Shown: in pieces, positions 1 to 10,806 of the stretch
Position numbering within the stretch: the stretch's first letter is position 1
Layout of the letters: each line of letters starts with the position of its first letter
Assembly: GCA_964462055.1 (NCBI GenBank)
Contig: CAYWWJ010000004.1
Span: 22,008 to 86,007 of the forward strand
Length of the DNA: 64,000 bases
Source: an uncultured Neisseria sp.
GTDB lineage: Bacteria; Pseudomonadota; Gammaproteobacteria; Burkholderiales; UBA11063
Direction of reading: 5' to 3'
Made by a program: the position numbers and the translations under genes
The notes under the pieces: model-generated
Database searches by the model: none
Told to the model about the DNA's origin: nothing
What the model saw: only the letters and a program-made list of their open reading frames with translations

Positions 1-1125
1 AGGCGCCATGTTAAATTCTTCCATTGTAGCAATGTATTTCGCACTAGTGCCAAACACCGTAATGCCAATCGCTTCACTTATTTGCCATAGAATATTCTTA
101 TTCGGGGCAAAAGGCGAACCATCGTATAAAACAATTGTACAACCACAATATAACCCTGAAACCAGCCAATTCCACATCATCCACCCAGTTGTAGTGAAGT
201 AAAATAGCACATCTTCACGTGTAATATTAGTATGTAAGCGATGCTCTTTCACGTGAGTTAGAAATACGCCGCCACAACGATGGACGATAGTTTTCGGCTT
301 GCCGGTAGTACCCGATGAATACAGAATAAACCCAGGGTGATCAAATGGTAATTTCTTAAAACTAAGCGGACGATAGTTATCATTTTGCATAATTATGTCG
401 TGATTAATCGCAATATCAATTGCCAGCAGACTCGCTGAATTACCAATATAATCAATCACGATCAAATGTTCTAGGCTTGGCATTTGCTTGCAAATATTAA
501 TTACTTTATCGACAATTGAAATCGTCTTTTGATTATACCAATATCCGTCGACAGTGATTAAAATTCTCGGGGCAATTTGACCAAATCGATCAATAACCCC
601 TTGTTCACCAAAATCTGGCGACGTTGAGCTCCATATTGCGCCAATTGAAATTGTAGCGAGCATCCAAATAATTGCTTCAGGCATATTCGGTAAATATCCA
701 GCAACTCGATCTCCCTCAATAATTCCGCGCTTATGTAAGAAATCCGCGGCTTTGGCAACACGTTCATGCAGCGAATTATAGCTTATTTTTTGCTGAATTC
801 CCCACTCATTAGCAAATATTATTGCCGTGGAATCGTCTTTATAGCGAAGTAGATTTTCCGCTATATTGAATTTAATCTCGGGAAACCATTTTGTTTCACT
901 GATGTGCTTGCCTTCAACTAATGCTTGCGTGGGAACATTTTCAAAAATAATGTCATTAAATTTCCAGAAGCTTAGCCAGAAATCATTTAAATTGTCGATT
1001 GACCATTTGTATAATTCATGGTAATCAGATAAGCTGAGCTTGTATTTATCGTTCACAAAATGGCGATATTGACTCATTTGTGATGTTTCAATCGCATCGG
1101 GAGTTGGTTGCCAAAGTATACTCAT
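1..1125 (-). CDS. acetoacetyl-CoA synthetase (acetoacetate-CoA ligase), N-terminal 375 codons; 3' end lies outside the window
   Basis: Absent from the supplied ORF track because there is no stop inside the window. My own minus-strand translation from ATG 1125-1123 is open to position 1: MSILWQPTPDAIETSQMSQYRHFVNDKY...WFPEIKFNIAENLL...ILYSSGTTGKPKTIVH (AMP-binding signature)...WMMWNWLVSGL. The N-terminus is typical of acetoacetyl-CoA synthetases. Confidence 0.85.
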   Translation of the reverse strand, partial: MSILWQPTPDAIETSQMSQYRHFVNDKYKLSLSDYHELYKWSIDNLNDFWLSFWKFNDIIFENVPTQALVEGKHISETKWFPEIKFNIAENLLRYKDDSTAIIFANEWGIQQKISYNSLHERVAKAADFLHKRGIIEGDRVAGYLPNMPEAIIWMLATISIGAIWSSTSPDFGEQGVIDRFGQIAPRILITVDGYWYNQKTISIVDKVINICKQMPSLEHLIVIDYIGNSASLLAIDIAINHDIIMQNDNYRPLSFKKLPFDHPGFILYSSGTTGKPKTIVHRCGGVFLTHVKEHRLHTNITREDVLFYFTTTGWMMWNWLVSGLYCGCTIVLYDGSPFAPNKNILWQISEAIGITVFGTSAKYIATMEEFNMAP

Positions 1126-1138
1126 AATTGTAACCTCA

Positions 1139-2038
1139 TTAATAATTAGGTTTGCTCTGGAGCCGTGTAATAATTTGTTGCAATAATGCCAGTCGATTTT
1201 TGTCGACAAGCCCATTCTTCGCGGCTTCTAATATCGCACAATTCGGCTCATTTTGATGCAGACAATTACGAAAACGGCATTTACCCACATAGTTGCGCAA
1301 CTCGGGGAAATATTCGGCGACGCAGTCAATATCCAAATGATACAAACCAAATTCCTGCAACCCAGGGCAGTCAATTAAATCAGACTGCTCATCAATATGA
1401 TACAGCTGTGCATTGGTCGTTGTATGTGACCCGCTGGTTTCAGCCTTTGTAATAGACGCTACTCGAGCTTTGGCATCAATAATTATCTGATTAGTTATTG
1501 TTGATTTGCCGACGCCAGATTGTCCAATAAGCAAGCTTGATTGGCGCATCAATAACGGACGCAATTCTTCGCAACTATTATTCGCAGAAATAGCTACAAC
1601 TTTATAGCCAAGCTCATCGTGATATAATTGCGTAATTTTCTGTAGAAACTCGGTTGTTTCAGGTAAATCAATTTTGTTAACAACAATTATGGGCGCAATA
1701 TTCTCAGCTTCGGCGGCAACTAGACAACTATTTAGAAAATTCAAATTAAAGCTCGGCTTAATAGCAATTACAATCAAAATTTGGCTTATATTGCTGGCAA
1801 TAATCTTGCTACGATTATGATCTGAGCGATAAATTAAATTCCCACGCTCTTGCAACTGCATAATCTGCGCCTGCTTGTCGTTGATAATCTGTGCCAATAC
1901 TTTGTCGCCAACAACAAATTCCGTCTTTTTACCCAACGTCACAGCTTCGTAATGTCGTCCATCAATTTCAACGATAAATAAACGTCCGTAACTCGTCGTA
2001 ATTAAACCTAATTCTAACGCCAATTTTGGTTTAGACAT
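1139..2038 (-). CDS. rsgA: ribosome small-subunit-dependent GTPase A
   Basis: 299 aa. Circularly permuted GTPase motifs NKIDL, GQSGVGKST and DCPGLQEFGL, plus a C-terminal Cys/His zinc cluster CRFRNCLHQNEPNCA. Confidence 0.9.
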   Translation of the reverse strand: MSKPKLALELGLITTSYGRLFIVEIDGRHYEAVTLGKKTEFVVGDKVLAQIINDKQAQIMQLQERGNLIYRSDHNRSKIIASNISQILIVIAIKPSFNLNFLNSCLVAAEAENIAPIIVVNKIDLPETTEFLQKITQLYHDELGYKVVAISANNSCEELRPLLMRQSSLLIGQSGVGKSTITNQIIIDAKARVASITKAETSGSHTTTNAQLYHIDEQSDLIDCPGLQEFGLYHLDIDCVAEYFPELRNYVGKCRFRNCLHQNEPNCAILEAAKNGLVDKNRLALLQQIITRLQSKPNY

Positions 2039-3280
2039 TTAGGAATGATCCGATTTCTCTAGATTAGCAATTCGCACGCTTGCTGGTGGATGCGAGTAAT
2101 AAAATTTCACATATAATTCATCTGGCGTTAATGTGCTTGCATTGTCGCGATACATTTTCACCAAACCGCTGATTAGCCACTCTTTATTGCTGTGTTGTTT
2201 GGCAAAATCATCGGCTTCAAATTCATTTTTGCGTGAAAAAAAGCTACTTAGCGGTGAAAATGGAAAGCTAATTAATGAAATTACGGTGAAAAATAGCAAC
2301 AATGCATTGGCATTATTAATACTCGTTACGCCAAGTGCATTATAAAACCATGGCGAATGTAGCAATAAACTTAGAATGTACAACGTGATTAATGTGATGG
2401 TAAATGAAACAACCATTTGTTTTACAATATGTTTATGCTTGAAATGACCTAATTCATGCGCAAGAACCGCCTCGATTTCGTCATGATTTAGCTGCTTAAT
2501 TAATGTATCAAAAAATACAATGCGCTTGCTTTTGCCCAATCCAGTAAAGTAAGCGTTGCCGTGCGCTGAACGTTTCGAACCATCCATAATAAATACGCCC
2601 TGTGTTTGAAACCCACATTTTTTGAGTAATGTTTCGATGCGAGTTTTTAACGCTACATCTTCCAGCAAAGTGAATTTATTAAATAGTGGCGCAATTATCG
2701 TTGGATACAAAATCAACATAAGCATATTAAATCCAACTAACACAGCAAATACCCACAGCCACCAAAAATCACCCATGTTGTTCATTAACCACAATACAAC
2801 ATAAAGCAAAGGAATACCGATTACACACCCGAGAACCAGCCCTTTAATGAGATCAATAACAAACAAACCTGTCGTTATTTTATTGAAGCCAAATTGCTGC
2901 TCAATGTGAAATGTTTTGTACCAACTAAATGGCAAATCCAGTATTGTATTTATCGCAAAATATATTCCAATAATTAATACACCTTGGCTTAATGGAGAAT
3001 CTATCATTCCGCCTAGAAGATCATTAATATATTGTATCCCGCCACCTAAGGTGAACACCAATAAAATTATTGCGCCAGTTATATTTTCGATATTGCTTAA
3101 TCCTAATTTTTTTAGATTGTAGTTCGCCGCTTTTTGATGTTCGGCAAGATCAATTTGTGTGGCAAATGCCGCTGGAACTTGGTAAATATTGCGTTTAATT
3201 GCATTTATCTGTCGGAAATTTAAATAAATACGCAATCCCGTAACATAAATTAAGATCAGTAAAAATAAATAGCTTAACAT
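2039..3280 (-). CDS. M48 family (Ste24/HtpX-like) membrane zinc metallopeptidase
   Basis: 413 aa, several predicted TM helices, HELGH zinc motif (AHELGHFKHKH) and a downstream NEFEAD motif. Confidence 0.85.
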   Translation of the reverse strand: MLSYLFLLILIYVTGLRIYLNFRQINAIKRNIYQVPAAFATQIDLAEHQKAANYNLKKLGLSNIENITGAIILLVFTLGGGIQYINDLLGGMIDSPLSQGVLIIGIYFAINTILDLPFSWYKTFHIEQQFGFNKITTGLFVIDLIKGLVLGCVIGIPLLYVVLWLMNNMGDFWWLWVFAVLVGFNMLMLILYPTIIAPLFNKFTLLEDVALKTRIETLLKKCGFQTQGVFIMDGSKRSAHGNAYFTGLGKSKRIVFFDTLIKQLNHDEIEAVLAHELGHFKHKHIVKQMVVSFTITLITLYILSLLLHSPWFYNALGVTSINNANALLLFFTVISLISFPFSPLSSFFSRKNEFEADDFAKQHSNKEWLISGLVKMYRDNASTLTPDELYVKFYYSHPPASVRIANLEKSDHS

Positions 3281-3305
3281 GTATATTCCTTATTTGGTGT
3301 AAAAT

Positions 3306-3851
3306 TTAAAGATTTTTCTCATGGATTGCTTGCGCTGCAATGCTTTTATTTATTAAGCAATCAATAATAGCAATAACAATAGCTGAACCCAAAAATGTTA
3401 CGTGTAAAATTACTTGCCACGCGATTTCCATATTGCTAAATTTGGAAATATTCAGAAACGTTTGTAACAATTCAATCGAAGAAATAGTAATTATAGTCAG
3501 CGATATTTTCAGTTTTAACATTGATGTACTAACGTGATTTAGCCATTCGGGCTGATCAGGATGACTATCAATGCGCATACGATTTACAAAGATTTCATAG
3601 CCACCAAAAATCACCACAATAATCAGGTTTGCAACCATCGCGATGTCAATTAATTCTAGCACCGCAATCATCATTTTTCTTTCATCAAGGCTACTAAAAC
3701 TTTCTAAAACATGCCATAACGTAAATGAAAATTTGACACTATATAATGCAACCATTGCAATCAAGCCTATGTAAATTGGCAATAAAATCCATCGGCTAAA
3801 AAATAATAAAAAGCCAATTTTTTGTTTGATATTTTCGCTAGTTCTATTCAT
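3306..3851 (-). CDS. UPF0114/YqhA family inner-membrane protein
   Basis: 181 aa. The N-terminus (FLLFFSRWILLPIYIGL) and the 4-TM layout are typical of the TIGR00645/YqhA family. Confidence 0.7.
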   Translation of the reverse strand: MNRTSENIKQKIGFLLFFSRWILLPIYIGLIAMVALYSVKFSFTLWHVLESFSSLDERKMMIAVLELIDIAMVANLIIVVIFGGYEIFVNRMRIDSHPDQPEWLNHVSTSMLKLKISLTIITISSIELLQTFLNISKFSNMEIAWQVILHVTFLGSAIVIAIIDCLINKSIAAQAIHEKNL

Positions 3852-4020
3852 ATTGTGAATGCCTTTGTTTAATTAATAATTCATGACATTATTATACATC
3901 AACTGGCTTCGTAAAATCATTTATTCATGGGTTTTAAGTATTTTAGTCGTTTTGGCTTAATATTGAATTATTATTTATGCTACAATTTCCTACTAATCTT
4001 ATTTATAATGGGCATGTAAA

Positions 4021-5406
4021 ATGTATAAAAATAGTTTAAAATTAATCTTTTGTTTAATGACAATAATCTTCTCATTACAAGTGAATGCTGAGCAACTCAC
4101 TACATTCAATAAAGACACAGACAGCTGTTACATAAATACAACAACAGAACCACAATATTCGGTAAGTTTTATTTTACCTAAAACACGACAACCATTAACA
4201 GTGTCCTCTACCCCAGATAATAAAGATTTAATTATGGGAAGCACTGATTTAGTACTACGGTTTTATCAAGCTTATGGTGATGGTAGCTCAACTGGCTGGC
4301 AAACTTCTGTTAAAACACCAACTGTAACTTTAAATGGTGAACCCCTCAGTCTATATAATGCATTTTCTTATGGAAATCAAGAGGCTTTTCAATTTGGAGC
4401 TCTTTCATTAGGTTATGATGAATATGCCCAATACTTAGTAGTAACAATTCCTTCTGTCATTAATAACCATTATAATAGGTTAACAATTACTGGTAGTTTT
4501 GAACAGATTGCATATATGAGTGCTACGGTTTATCATTATGGTAGTGTTGATTGGCAATTAGAAAAATTCGATAACACTGATTTTACAGTGTTAAATAATG
4601 CATGTAATCCATATATAACAAAAAATCCAAGTGTGTTTTATTATACTAATTCAATAACTAATATGCCACCAGATAGCTCATCAGATATTAAAATACATCC
4701 ACAAGGTGATTTGCCGAAAATTTCTGCAGATGAAAGTAATAATGGCAAGCTTGGTGTTTACCGATTAGATAAATTTGACTCAAAACAGATGGTGGCAGAC
4801 GATATTATAGATGATGGTTGTACGCAATCTTATTTATTCGCAGAAAAGTCATCAACCAAACAAGAGGTTCTGATTCTACGAATTAAGTTGCCAACTACGT
4901 TTATTGATGATGATACACCAAATAAAATATTCGGAGATTATCAAACACGTTATTTTAGTGTATCAGCAAATGTGGATCCTACTCAGCATTCGTCCAATCC
5001 ACTTGGTTTTTGGACGGTAAATGCACGCATGTTAAAACAATATGCAGATAAAGACGGGTATGTATATGTATTTTTTGCCCCAAATGATTACGCTCAGCGC
5101 ATTGCCTTAGAACAAGGCACTCCAGCAACTCAACCACCAGTAATGACGTGGGGTAAATACAAGGGATTTCTATTGGGTAATCCAGATTATGCTATTATTA
5201 TGCGTTATAAAAATCCAAATTCAGCATGGATTGGCAGTCCAGCTAATGCAATTTGCTATAATTCACCAGATCAACTAGAACCATTAAGTTACAATGAATT
5301 AGGTGCATACACACCAGAAATTTATGCAGATACTTTATATAATTTTATGCACGGCAATATAGGCGCCGTTAATATGAATAATATGTGGCCAGCATCCAAT
5401 TTTTAA
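4021..5406 (+). CDS. hypothetical exported protein
   Basis: 461 aa. Signal-peptide-like N-terminus (LIFCLMTIIFSLQVNA/EQ). I recognise no catalytic motif. Confidence 0.6.
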   Translation: MYKNSLKLIFCLMTIIFSLQVNAEQLTTFNKDTDSCYINTTTEPQYSVSFILPKTRQPLTVSSTPDNKDLIMGSTDLVLRFYQAYGDGSSTGWQTSVKTPTVTLNGEPLSLYNAFSYGNQEAFQFGALSLGYDEYAQYLVVTIPSVINNHYNRLTITGSFEQIAYMSATVYHYGSVDWQLEKFDNTDFTVLNNACNPYITKNPSVFYYTNSITNMPPDSSSDIKIHPQGDLPKISADESNNGKLGVYRLDKFDSKQMVADDIIDDGCTQSYLFAEKSSTKQEVLILRIKLPTTFIDDDTPNKIFGDYQTRYFSVSANVDPTQHSSNPLGFWTVNARMLKQYADKDGYVYVFFAPNDYAQRIALEQGTPATQPPVMTWGKYKGFLLGNPDYAIIMRYKNPNSAWIGSPANAICYNSPDQLEPLSYNELGAYTPEIYADTLYNFMHGNIGAVNMNNMWPASNF

Positions 5407-5496
5407 ATTAGTTAATAATACATGTTATAATATTCACTGCTGATGCAAATTCCGCATGAATTTATGCATTAATGAACTAAAATTACCCGCAAGGAA

Positions 5497-6330
5497 ATGA
5501 TTATGCCATTGGGAACATTAGAATACTTCGCGCAAAAAACGAAAAATGGTCAGGTTGGATATGTTACATGTGGCAAAGGTAAGCCATTGATTTTGATTGT
5601 TGGATATTCTGGGACGCTATTTCATTGGAACGCAAAATTTATTGAGCATTTGGCGGAATATTATACACTGTATTTGATCGACAATCGCAAAATCGGCTTA
5701 TCTGAATCGTCAAACTCGCAAGATATTCAAGGGTTTGCCACAGATGTGGTTGATTTTATTGTAGCAAAAAATTTGGACAAACCTCTTATATTTGGCTGGT
5801 CTATGGGTGGCGTAATTACGCAAGAATTAGCTAAATCACACGCAGATATTATCGCTGGCATTGTGCTATTTGCCACGATTCCGCAACTAAATTACGTTAA
5901 ATTTGATTTTATCTCATTATTGACAAAATCAACCGAATTATCTGAAGAAGAATTCAAAATACGCTTATACGGTTTCTTTTTTTCGGAAAAACCACGTTTG
6001 TCACTAAAAGATTATGTGACAAATCATGTACTTAATTTTGCAAATTACAATTACAGATTTAGTGATGAGGCACGTGATTTGCAACATTTGGCGATCGCAT
6101 CTTGGGGTGGAATGGACGAACAGATGCTACAATCAATTAATCTCCCTGTGCTAATTTTAAAAGCACGCGATGATATGGTTGTGAAGGATGAATCAGGAGA
6201 ATTTCTGCTGAATAATTTGCCGAATTCCAAATTAATTATTTACCCACGCGGTGGACATTTTCTTGTGCATTCCGCACCGCAAGAAATATCGAATGATATT
6301 CATAATTTTTTTAATTCACTAGAAGGTTGA
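5497..6330 (+). CDS. alpha/beta-fold hydrolase
   Basis: 277 aa. Nucleophile elbow GWSMGG, a late Asp (ARDD) and His (GGHF) arranged as in the alpha/beta hydrolase fold. Confidence 0.8.
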   Translation: MIMPLGTLEYFAQKTKNGQVGYVTCGKGKPLILIVGYSGTLFHWNAKFIEHLAEYYTLYLIDNRKIGLSESSNSQDIQGFATDVVDFIVAKNLDKPLIFGWSMGGVITQELAKSHADIIAGIVLFATIPQLNYVKFDFISLLTKSTELSEEEFKIRLYGFFFSEKPRLSLKDYVTNHVLNFANYNYRFSDEARDLQHLAIASWGGMDEQMLQSINLPVLILKARDDMVVKDESGEFLLNNLPNSKLIIYPRGGHFLVHSAPQEISNDIHNFFNSLEG

Positions 6331-7598
6331 TCATCTACACCCAAATATCCATCAATCTGATACTCATAAATACTCTTACCCAAATAGCTTGCTATCCACG
6401 TTGCCACAAAGCTTGCGACAATTATTGGTAATGCAAAAGTTTGCGAAGTAGTAATTTCCATCACCATAACAATAGCAGTAACGGGAGCTTTTGTCAATGC
6501 CGCCAAAAATGCAACCATTCCTAATAAATAATACTGCTGAATAGGCGCAACCGCAAAAATATGGTGAAATAAACTGCCAATACCATTACCAATTGCCATT
6601 GAAGTAGCAAAATATCCACCAGGAACTCCAGATGCGGTGGAAAATAATGAGCCCAGTATTTTATACAAAAAATAAAACGCGGGTAATTTTTCCGCGCCAC
6701 TTAATGCTGCGCGGCTCTCTGTATAACCGTTACCAAAAGATAAACCAGCAGAAATTACGCCAACGATTGCAATAAGTAAACCACAGATAATTGCAGTCCA
6801 ATACGGGTGAGATTTCCTAAAAATATTTACCCTATTTGTTTTATCTACCGTAAAACAATAGACAGCTTTACAAAATAAATAACAAAGTAGCGCAGAACTT
6901 ATGCCAATTAATACGGCAACAATAAATATTCGCCAATCGTAATTAAGTAATGTATAACTAACATGTCCATAATATGAATAATTGCCCATCAGCCCAACTG
7001 ATACCATTCCAGATATAGCTATCCCGCTGATTTTAATCAGATTTTTGCGTAATGGTGCCCCCTTAGATAACTCTTCTAACGCAAAAACTATGCCACCAAG
7101 TGGTGTATTAAACGCAGAAGCCAACCCTGACGCAGCACCAACTACATAGAGAAATTTTTGCTTTACTTTAGACAGATTATGCTTACCCAAACTCATAATC
7201 GTCGCACCAATTTGTACTGTCGGACCTTCGCGCCCAATTGTCGCACCAAAAAACGTACCCAAAACCACAAATACAAATTTACTAAATATTGCGCGTGGCA
7301 TAAAAAACCTGCTTAATTTACTCGGATCATTCGTATGATTCAAACCTAGAACCTGTGGAATACCACTACCTTCTGCCTCAGGGAAATAATTACGAATTAA
7401 ATAAGCTATAATCAAAAACCCAGGTGGAATGACAAAAATAATCTTCCACCCCAAAGCATGAAACATCAATTGAAAATAACGCAGCGCAAATTCACAGCTT
7501 ACTGCAAACATCGCAGAAATAATGCCAATGGTAATCGACATTAAGAAAAAATGCCCATATTCAACCACAAATTTGTGATGCCTCAACCGTCTAAACAT
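6300..7598 (-). CDS. ClC family voltage-gated chloride channel/antiporter
   Basis: 432 aa polytopic membrane protein with ClC selectivity motifs GSGIPQ and GREGPTVQIG. Confidence 0.85.
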   Translation of the reverse strand: MFRRLRHHKFVVEYGHFFLMSITIGIISAMFAVSCEFALRYFQLMFHALGWKIIFVIPPGFLIIAYLIRNYFPEAEGSGIPQVLGLNHTNDPSKLSRFFMPRAIFSKFVFVVLGTFFGATIGREGPTVQIGATIMSLGKHNLSKVKQKFLYVVGAASGLASAFNTPLGGIVFALEELSKGAPLRKNLIKISGIAISGMVSVGLMGNYSYYGHVSYTLLNYDWRIFIVAVLIGISSALLCYLFCKAVYCFTVDKTNRVNIFRKSHPYWTAIICGLLIAIVGVISAGLSFGNGYTESRAALSGAEKLPAFYFLYKILGSLFSTASGVPGGYFATSMAIGNGIGSLFHHIFAVAPIQQYYLLGMVAFLAALTKAPVTAIVMVMEITTSQTFALPIIVASFVATWIASYLGKSIYEYQIDGYLGVDDQPSSELKKL

Positions 7599-7837
7599 TA
7601 TAACTCACTCAATATTCTTAATAACAGAGATTTCTACAATTTCTAGCCAAACACATGTCTTGGTTAGACGATTCGATTTAATTTTATTTGACTTATTCAT
7701 ACAGGCTATATTATACTATTGAGCTTATGAAAAAGCAACTAATTTGTATGTGTTTACTTCAAATGCATCTTCGCGATATAAACTAAAGATCATCTATAAT
7801 AACCAACCTTGAAAACATATAAAATAAGGGAAATATT

Positions 7838-9235
7838 ATGAATACTACAGATTTTAGAATTGAAACCGATAGTATGGGGCAAGTTAACGTGCCTAATTCA
7901 AAATTATGGGGTGCGCAAACACAACGCTCGCTAGAACATTTTTCTATAGGTCAAGAATTAATTCCAATTGAAGTAATCCATGCTTTAGCAATTATCAAAA
8001 AAGCGGCGGCAATCACCAATAATCAACTAGGACATCTTGATGATGCAAAAAAACAATTAATTGTAGATGCAAGCGATGCTGTATTATCGGGTCAATATGA
8101 TGAGGAATTCCCTCTACATGTGTGGATGACTGGCAGTGGAACCCAGTCAAATATGAATGTAAATGAAGTTATTTCCAATATCGCAAATAAAGTTGCAGGA
8201 ACTGAATTAGGGAGTAAATCACCAATTCACCCAAATGACCATGTAAATATGTCGCAGTCCTCTAACGATACCTTCCCTACCGCAATGCATATCGCAACTG
8301 CTACGACTATAAAATCAAAGTTGTTACCAGCAATTGAGTATCTTCATGATGAGTTGTTAAAAAAAGTAGCTGATTGGGCCAATATAGTAAAAATCGGCCG
8401 TACACATATGCAAGATGCGGTGCCTATAACTCTAGGTCAAGAGTTCTCTGGATATACTGTAATGATTGAACAATGTATGAATTTTTTGAATAATACTCTT
8501 TCAGGAGTATACGAATTAGCAGCGGGTGGCACTGCTGTTGGCACTGGACTAAATGCTCCAGAAGGATATGCCAATGGAGTTGCACAAAATATTGCTAAGT
8601 TAACTAATCTACCTTTTGTTTCAGCTAAAAACAAATTTGCCCTACAAGGTTCACATGATGCATTAGTCAATGTAAGTGGAGCTTTAAAAACACTTGCTTC
8701 AGCATTATTTAAAATTGCTAATGACGTAAGACTTCTAAGTTGTGGACCACGTGCTGGATTTCATGAATTAATAATTCCAGAAAATGAGCCAGGTTCATCA
8801 ATTATGCCAGGTAAAGTAAACCCCACCCAGTGTGAAGCCTTAACTATGGTAGCGATTCAAGTAATTGCAAATGATGTAGCTGTTACTATGGGAAACTCTA
8901 GTGGCATGTTAGAAATGAATATTTATAAACCTTTGATAATTCATAATATTCTTCAATCCACACGAATTTTAACTGATTCAATTACTAATTTTACTAAATT
9001 CTTATTAATTGACACTAAACCTAATACGACACAAATTGATAAATTCTTAAATGAATCACTAATGCTAGTAACCGCATTAAGTCCTGTGATTGGTTATGAT
9101 AAAGCATCGAAATTAGCTCATTATGCCGATGATAATAACTGCACCTTAAAAGAAGCAAATAACGTACTAAAATTTACGACTGAAACCGAATTTAATCAAA
9201 TAATTAATCCATATAAAATGACTAATCAAGGCTAA
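7838..9235 (+). CDS. fumC: class II fumarate hydratase
   Basis: 465 aa with the fumarate lyase signature [15 protein letters not shown] and a WGAQTQRS N-terminal region. Confidence 0.95.
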   Translation: MNTTDFRIETDSMGQVNVPNSKLWGAQTQRSLEHFSIGQELIPIEVIHALAIIKKAAAITNNQLGHLDDAKKQLIVDASDAVLSGQYDEEFPLHVWMTGSGTQSNMNVNEVISNIANKVAGTELGSKSPIHPNDHVNMSQSSNDTFPTAMHIATATTIKSKLLPAIEYLHDELLKKVADWANIVKIGRTHMQDAVPITLGQEFSGYTVMIEQCMNFLNNTLSGVYELAAGGTAVGTGLNAPEGYANGVAQNIAKLTNLPFVSAKNKFALQGSHDALVNVSGALKTLASALFKIANDVRLLSCGPRAGFHELIIPENEPGSSIMPGKVNPTQCEALTMVAIQVIANDVAVTMGNSSGMLEMNIYKPLIIHNILQSTRILTDSITNFTKFLLIDTKPNTTQIDKFLNESLMLVTALSPVIGYDKASKLAHYADDNNCTLKEANNVLKFTTETEFNQIINPYKMTNQG

Positions 9236-10515
9236 TTATAAGGGTGAAAACAAAGCATATCTTGGAAAACTGAAAAATAACTAGGAAATGTTTTGTTAAC
9301 ACACTGTGGGTTATTGATTATTACATCGACCCCAGCAACAGCCAACAAAGAAAAACACATTGCCATACGATGATCGTCGTAGGTGTTTATTGCAATATTT
9401 GGTGAAATTTTGTCGGGAGGTGTGATCGTAATACTATCATCGGTGTAATTCACTTTAGCACCAAGTTTAGTCAGCTCATTATACATCGCCAAAATTCGAT
9501 CGGTTTCTTTTAATTTCCAGCTGGCAATCCCGCTAATATGCGTTATCCCTTCCGCAAATAATGCAGTAATCGCTAGTGTCATTGCTACATCAGGCATATT
9601 TTGCATATTAAAACTACCGCCACGCAACTTGCCTTTAGTAACACGAATTTTGTCATCGTTGTACTCTACTATTGCGCCCATAGATTCCAGTATCTCAGCG
9701 TATTTTACATCTCCCTGAATACTATTCCGACCAAGATTAGCAATTGTAATATCGCCACCAATAGCACCAAGCGATAAAAAATAACTCGCACTACTGGCAT
9801 CAGGCTCTATCGTGTATTCACAAGCATTTTTAAATTCTTGCAGTAGCGCAATTGTCATATCTACATATGGCGCAGAAATAAGCTCACTCACAATTTTGAT
9901 TTGTGGCGGATTTTTTAGAATCGATAAACTAAGCAAAATACTAGAAACAAACTGACTTGAAACATTCCCTTTTATGTTCAGGAATTTTGGGCATTGAGTA
10001 TCAAGTGATTTTTCGCGCGCAGTAATATGTAATGGCGGATAGCCCACATTACCCATATAGCTGATATTACAATTAATTTGCCGTAATGCATCAATCAAAT
10101 CACCAATCGGTCGTTCATGCATTCGCTCAATTCCAAGTAGCGTATAATTAGCATTTTCTTGCAAAGCCAACGCCGCAGTCAAAAAACGTAACGTTGTGCC
10201 AGAATTACCACAAAATATTTCACCATGTTGCCGAGGAAAAACACCATTACAGCCATAAATACGATAACTCGCCACATCTTGGCTCGCCCGTGGCAGAATT
10301 AACTCCAATTGTACACCAAGCTGTTTCAATGCGTTTATCATTAGCGCGACATCATCGGCATTATCTGGCACATTATGCAATGAGCTAACCCCATTTGCCA
10401 ACGCTGCCAACAACAAAGCACGATTGGTAATACTTTTAGAACCAGGGATTTGTACCATAGCAGTTATATATTTATTATTTGCTTTTAACTTTAGCTGTTG
10501 ATTATCATTCGTCAT
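9232..10515 (-). CDS. aroA: 3-phosphoshikimate 1-carboxyvinyltransferase (EPSP synthase)
   Basis: 427 aa. [17 protein letters not shown] near the N-terminus and DHRMAM near the C-terminus. Confidence 0.95.
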   Translation of the reverse strand: MTNDNQQLKLKANNKYITAMVQIPGSKSITNRALLLAALANGVSSLHNVPDNADDVALMINALKQLGVQLELILPRASQDVASYRIYGCNGVFPRQHGEIFCGNSGTTLRFLTAALALQENANYTLLGIERMHERPIGDLIDALRQINCNISYMGNVGYPPLHITAREKSLDTQCPKFLNIKGNVSSQFVSSILLSLSILKNPPQIKIVSELISAPYVDMTIALLQEFKNACEYTIEPDASSASYFLSLGAIGGDITIANLGRNSIQGDVKYAEILESMGAIVEYNDDKIRVTKGKLRGGSFNMQNMPDVAMTLAITALFAEGITHISGIASWKLKETDRILAMYNELTKLGAKVNYTDDSITITPPDKISPNIAINTYDDHRMAMCFSLLAVAGVDVIINNPQCVNKTFPSYFSVFQDMLCFHPYN

Positions 10516-10547
10516 TATTTTTTCTATTCTTTAAATTTACGTAACTT

Positions 10548-10792
10548 ACCTAAGCCATCACTTTTTTATTGAATGTTTAAATAGATAGGACAAATTATAA
10601 TTTTTTAGTGAATGATGGAGAAATATAGAGTTTGTTAATGAAGAAAGCGTAATTTGGCAAGCTGTTTGAGCGCTAGCGAGTTTTTGCCAAATAGCTTTCG
10701 AATTAATACAAACTCATATTTTGTAATCTTTGAACGTAAAAATTATAATTTATCCTATAAAAAGAGTAAATTAAAAAAGTGAGAGCTGGGGC
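10548..10792. mobile_element. family-A foldback MITE-like repeat, long form (copy 1)
   Basis: Non-coding, about 245 bp and palindromic over its whole length. The core matches the copies at 41841, 48305 and 56204. Termini: CCTAAGCCATCACTTTTTT ... AAAAAAGTGAGAGCTGGGGC. Confidence 0.85.
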
Positions 10793-10806
10793 TCTATTCT
10801 TTAAAT

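Noticed and set aside
7727-7786. 19-codon upstream ORF (MKKQLICMCLLQMHLRDIN) in the fumC leader
   Set aside because: It has no convincing ribosome-binding site and no attenuator-like structure or regulatory codon run. It is probably fortuitous.
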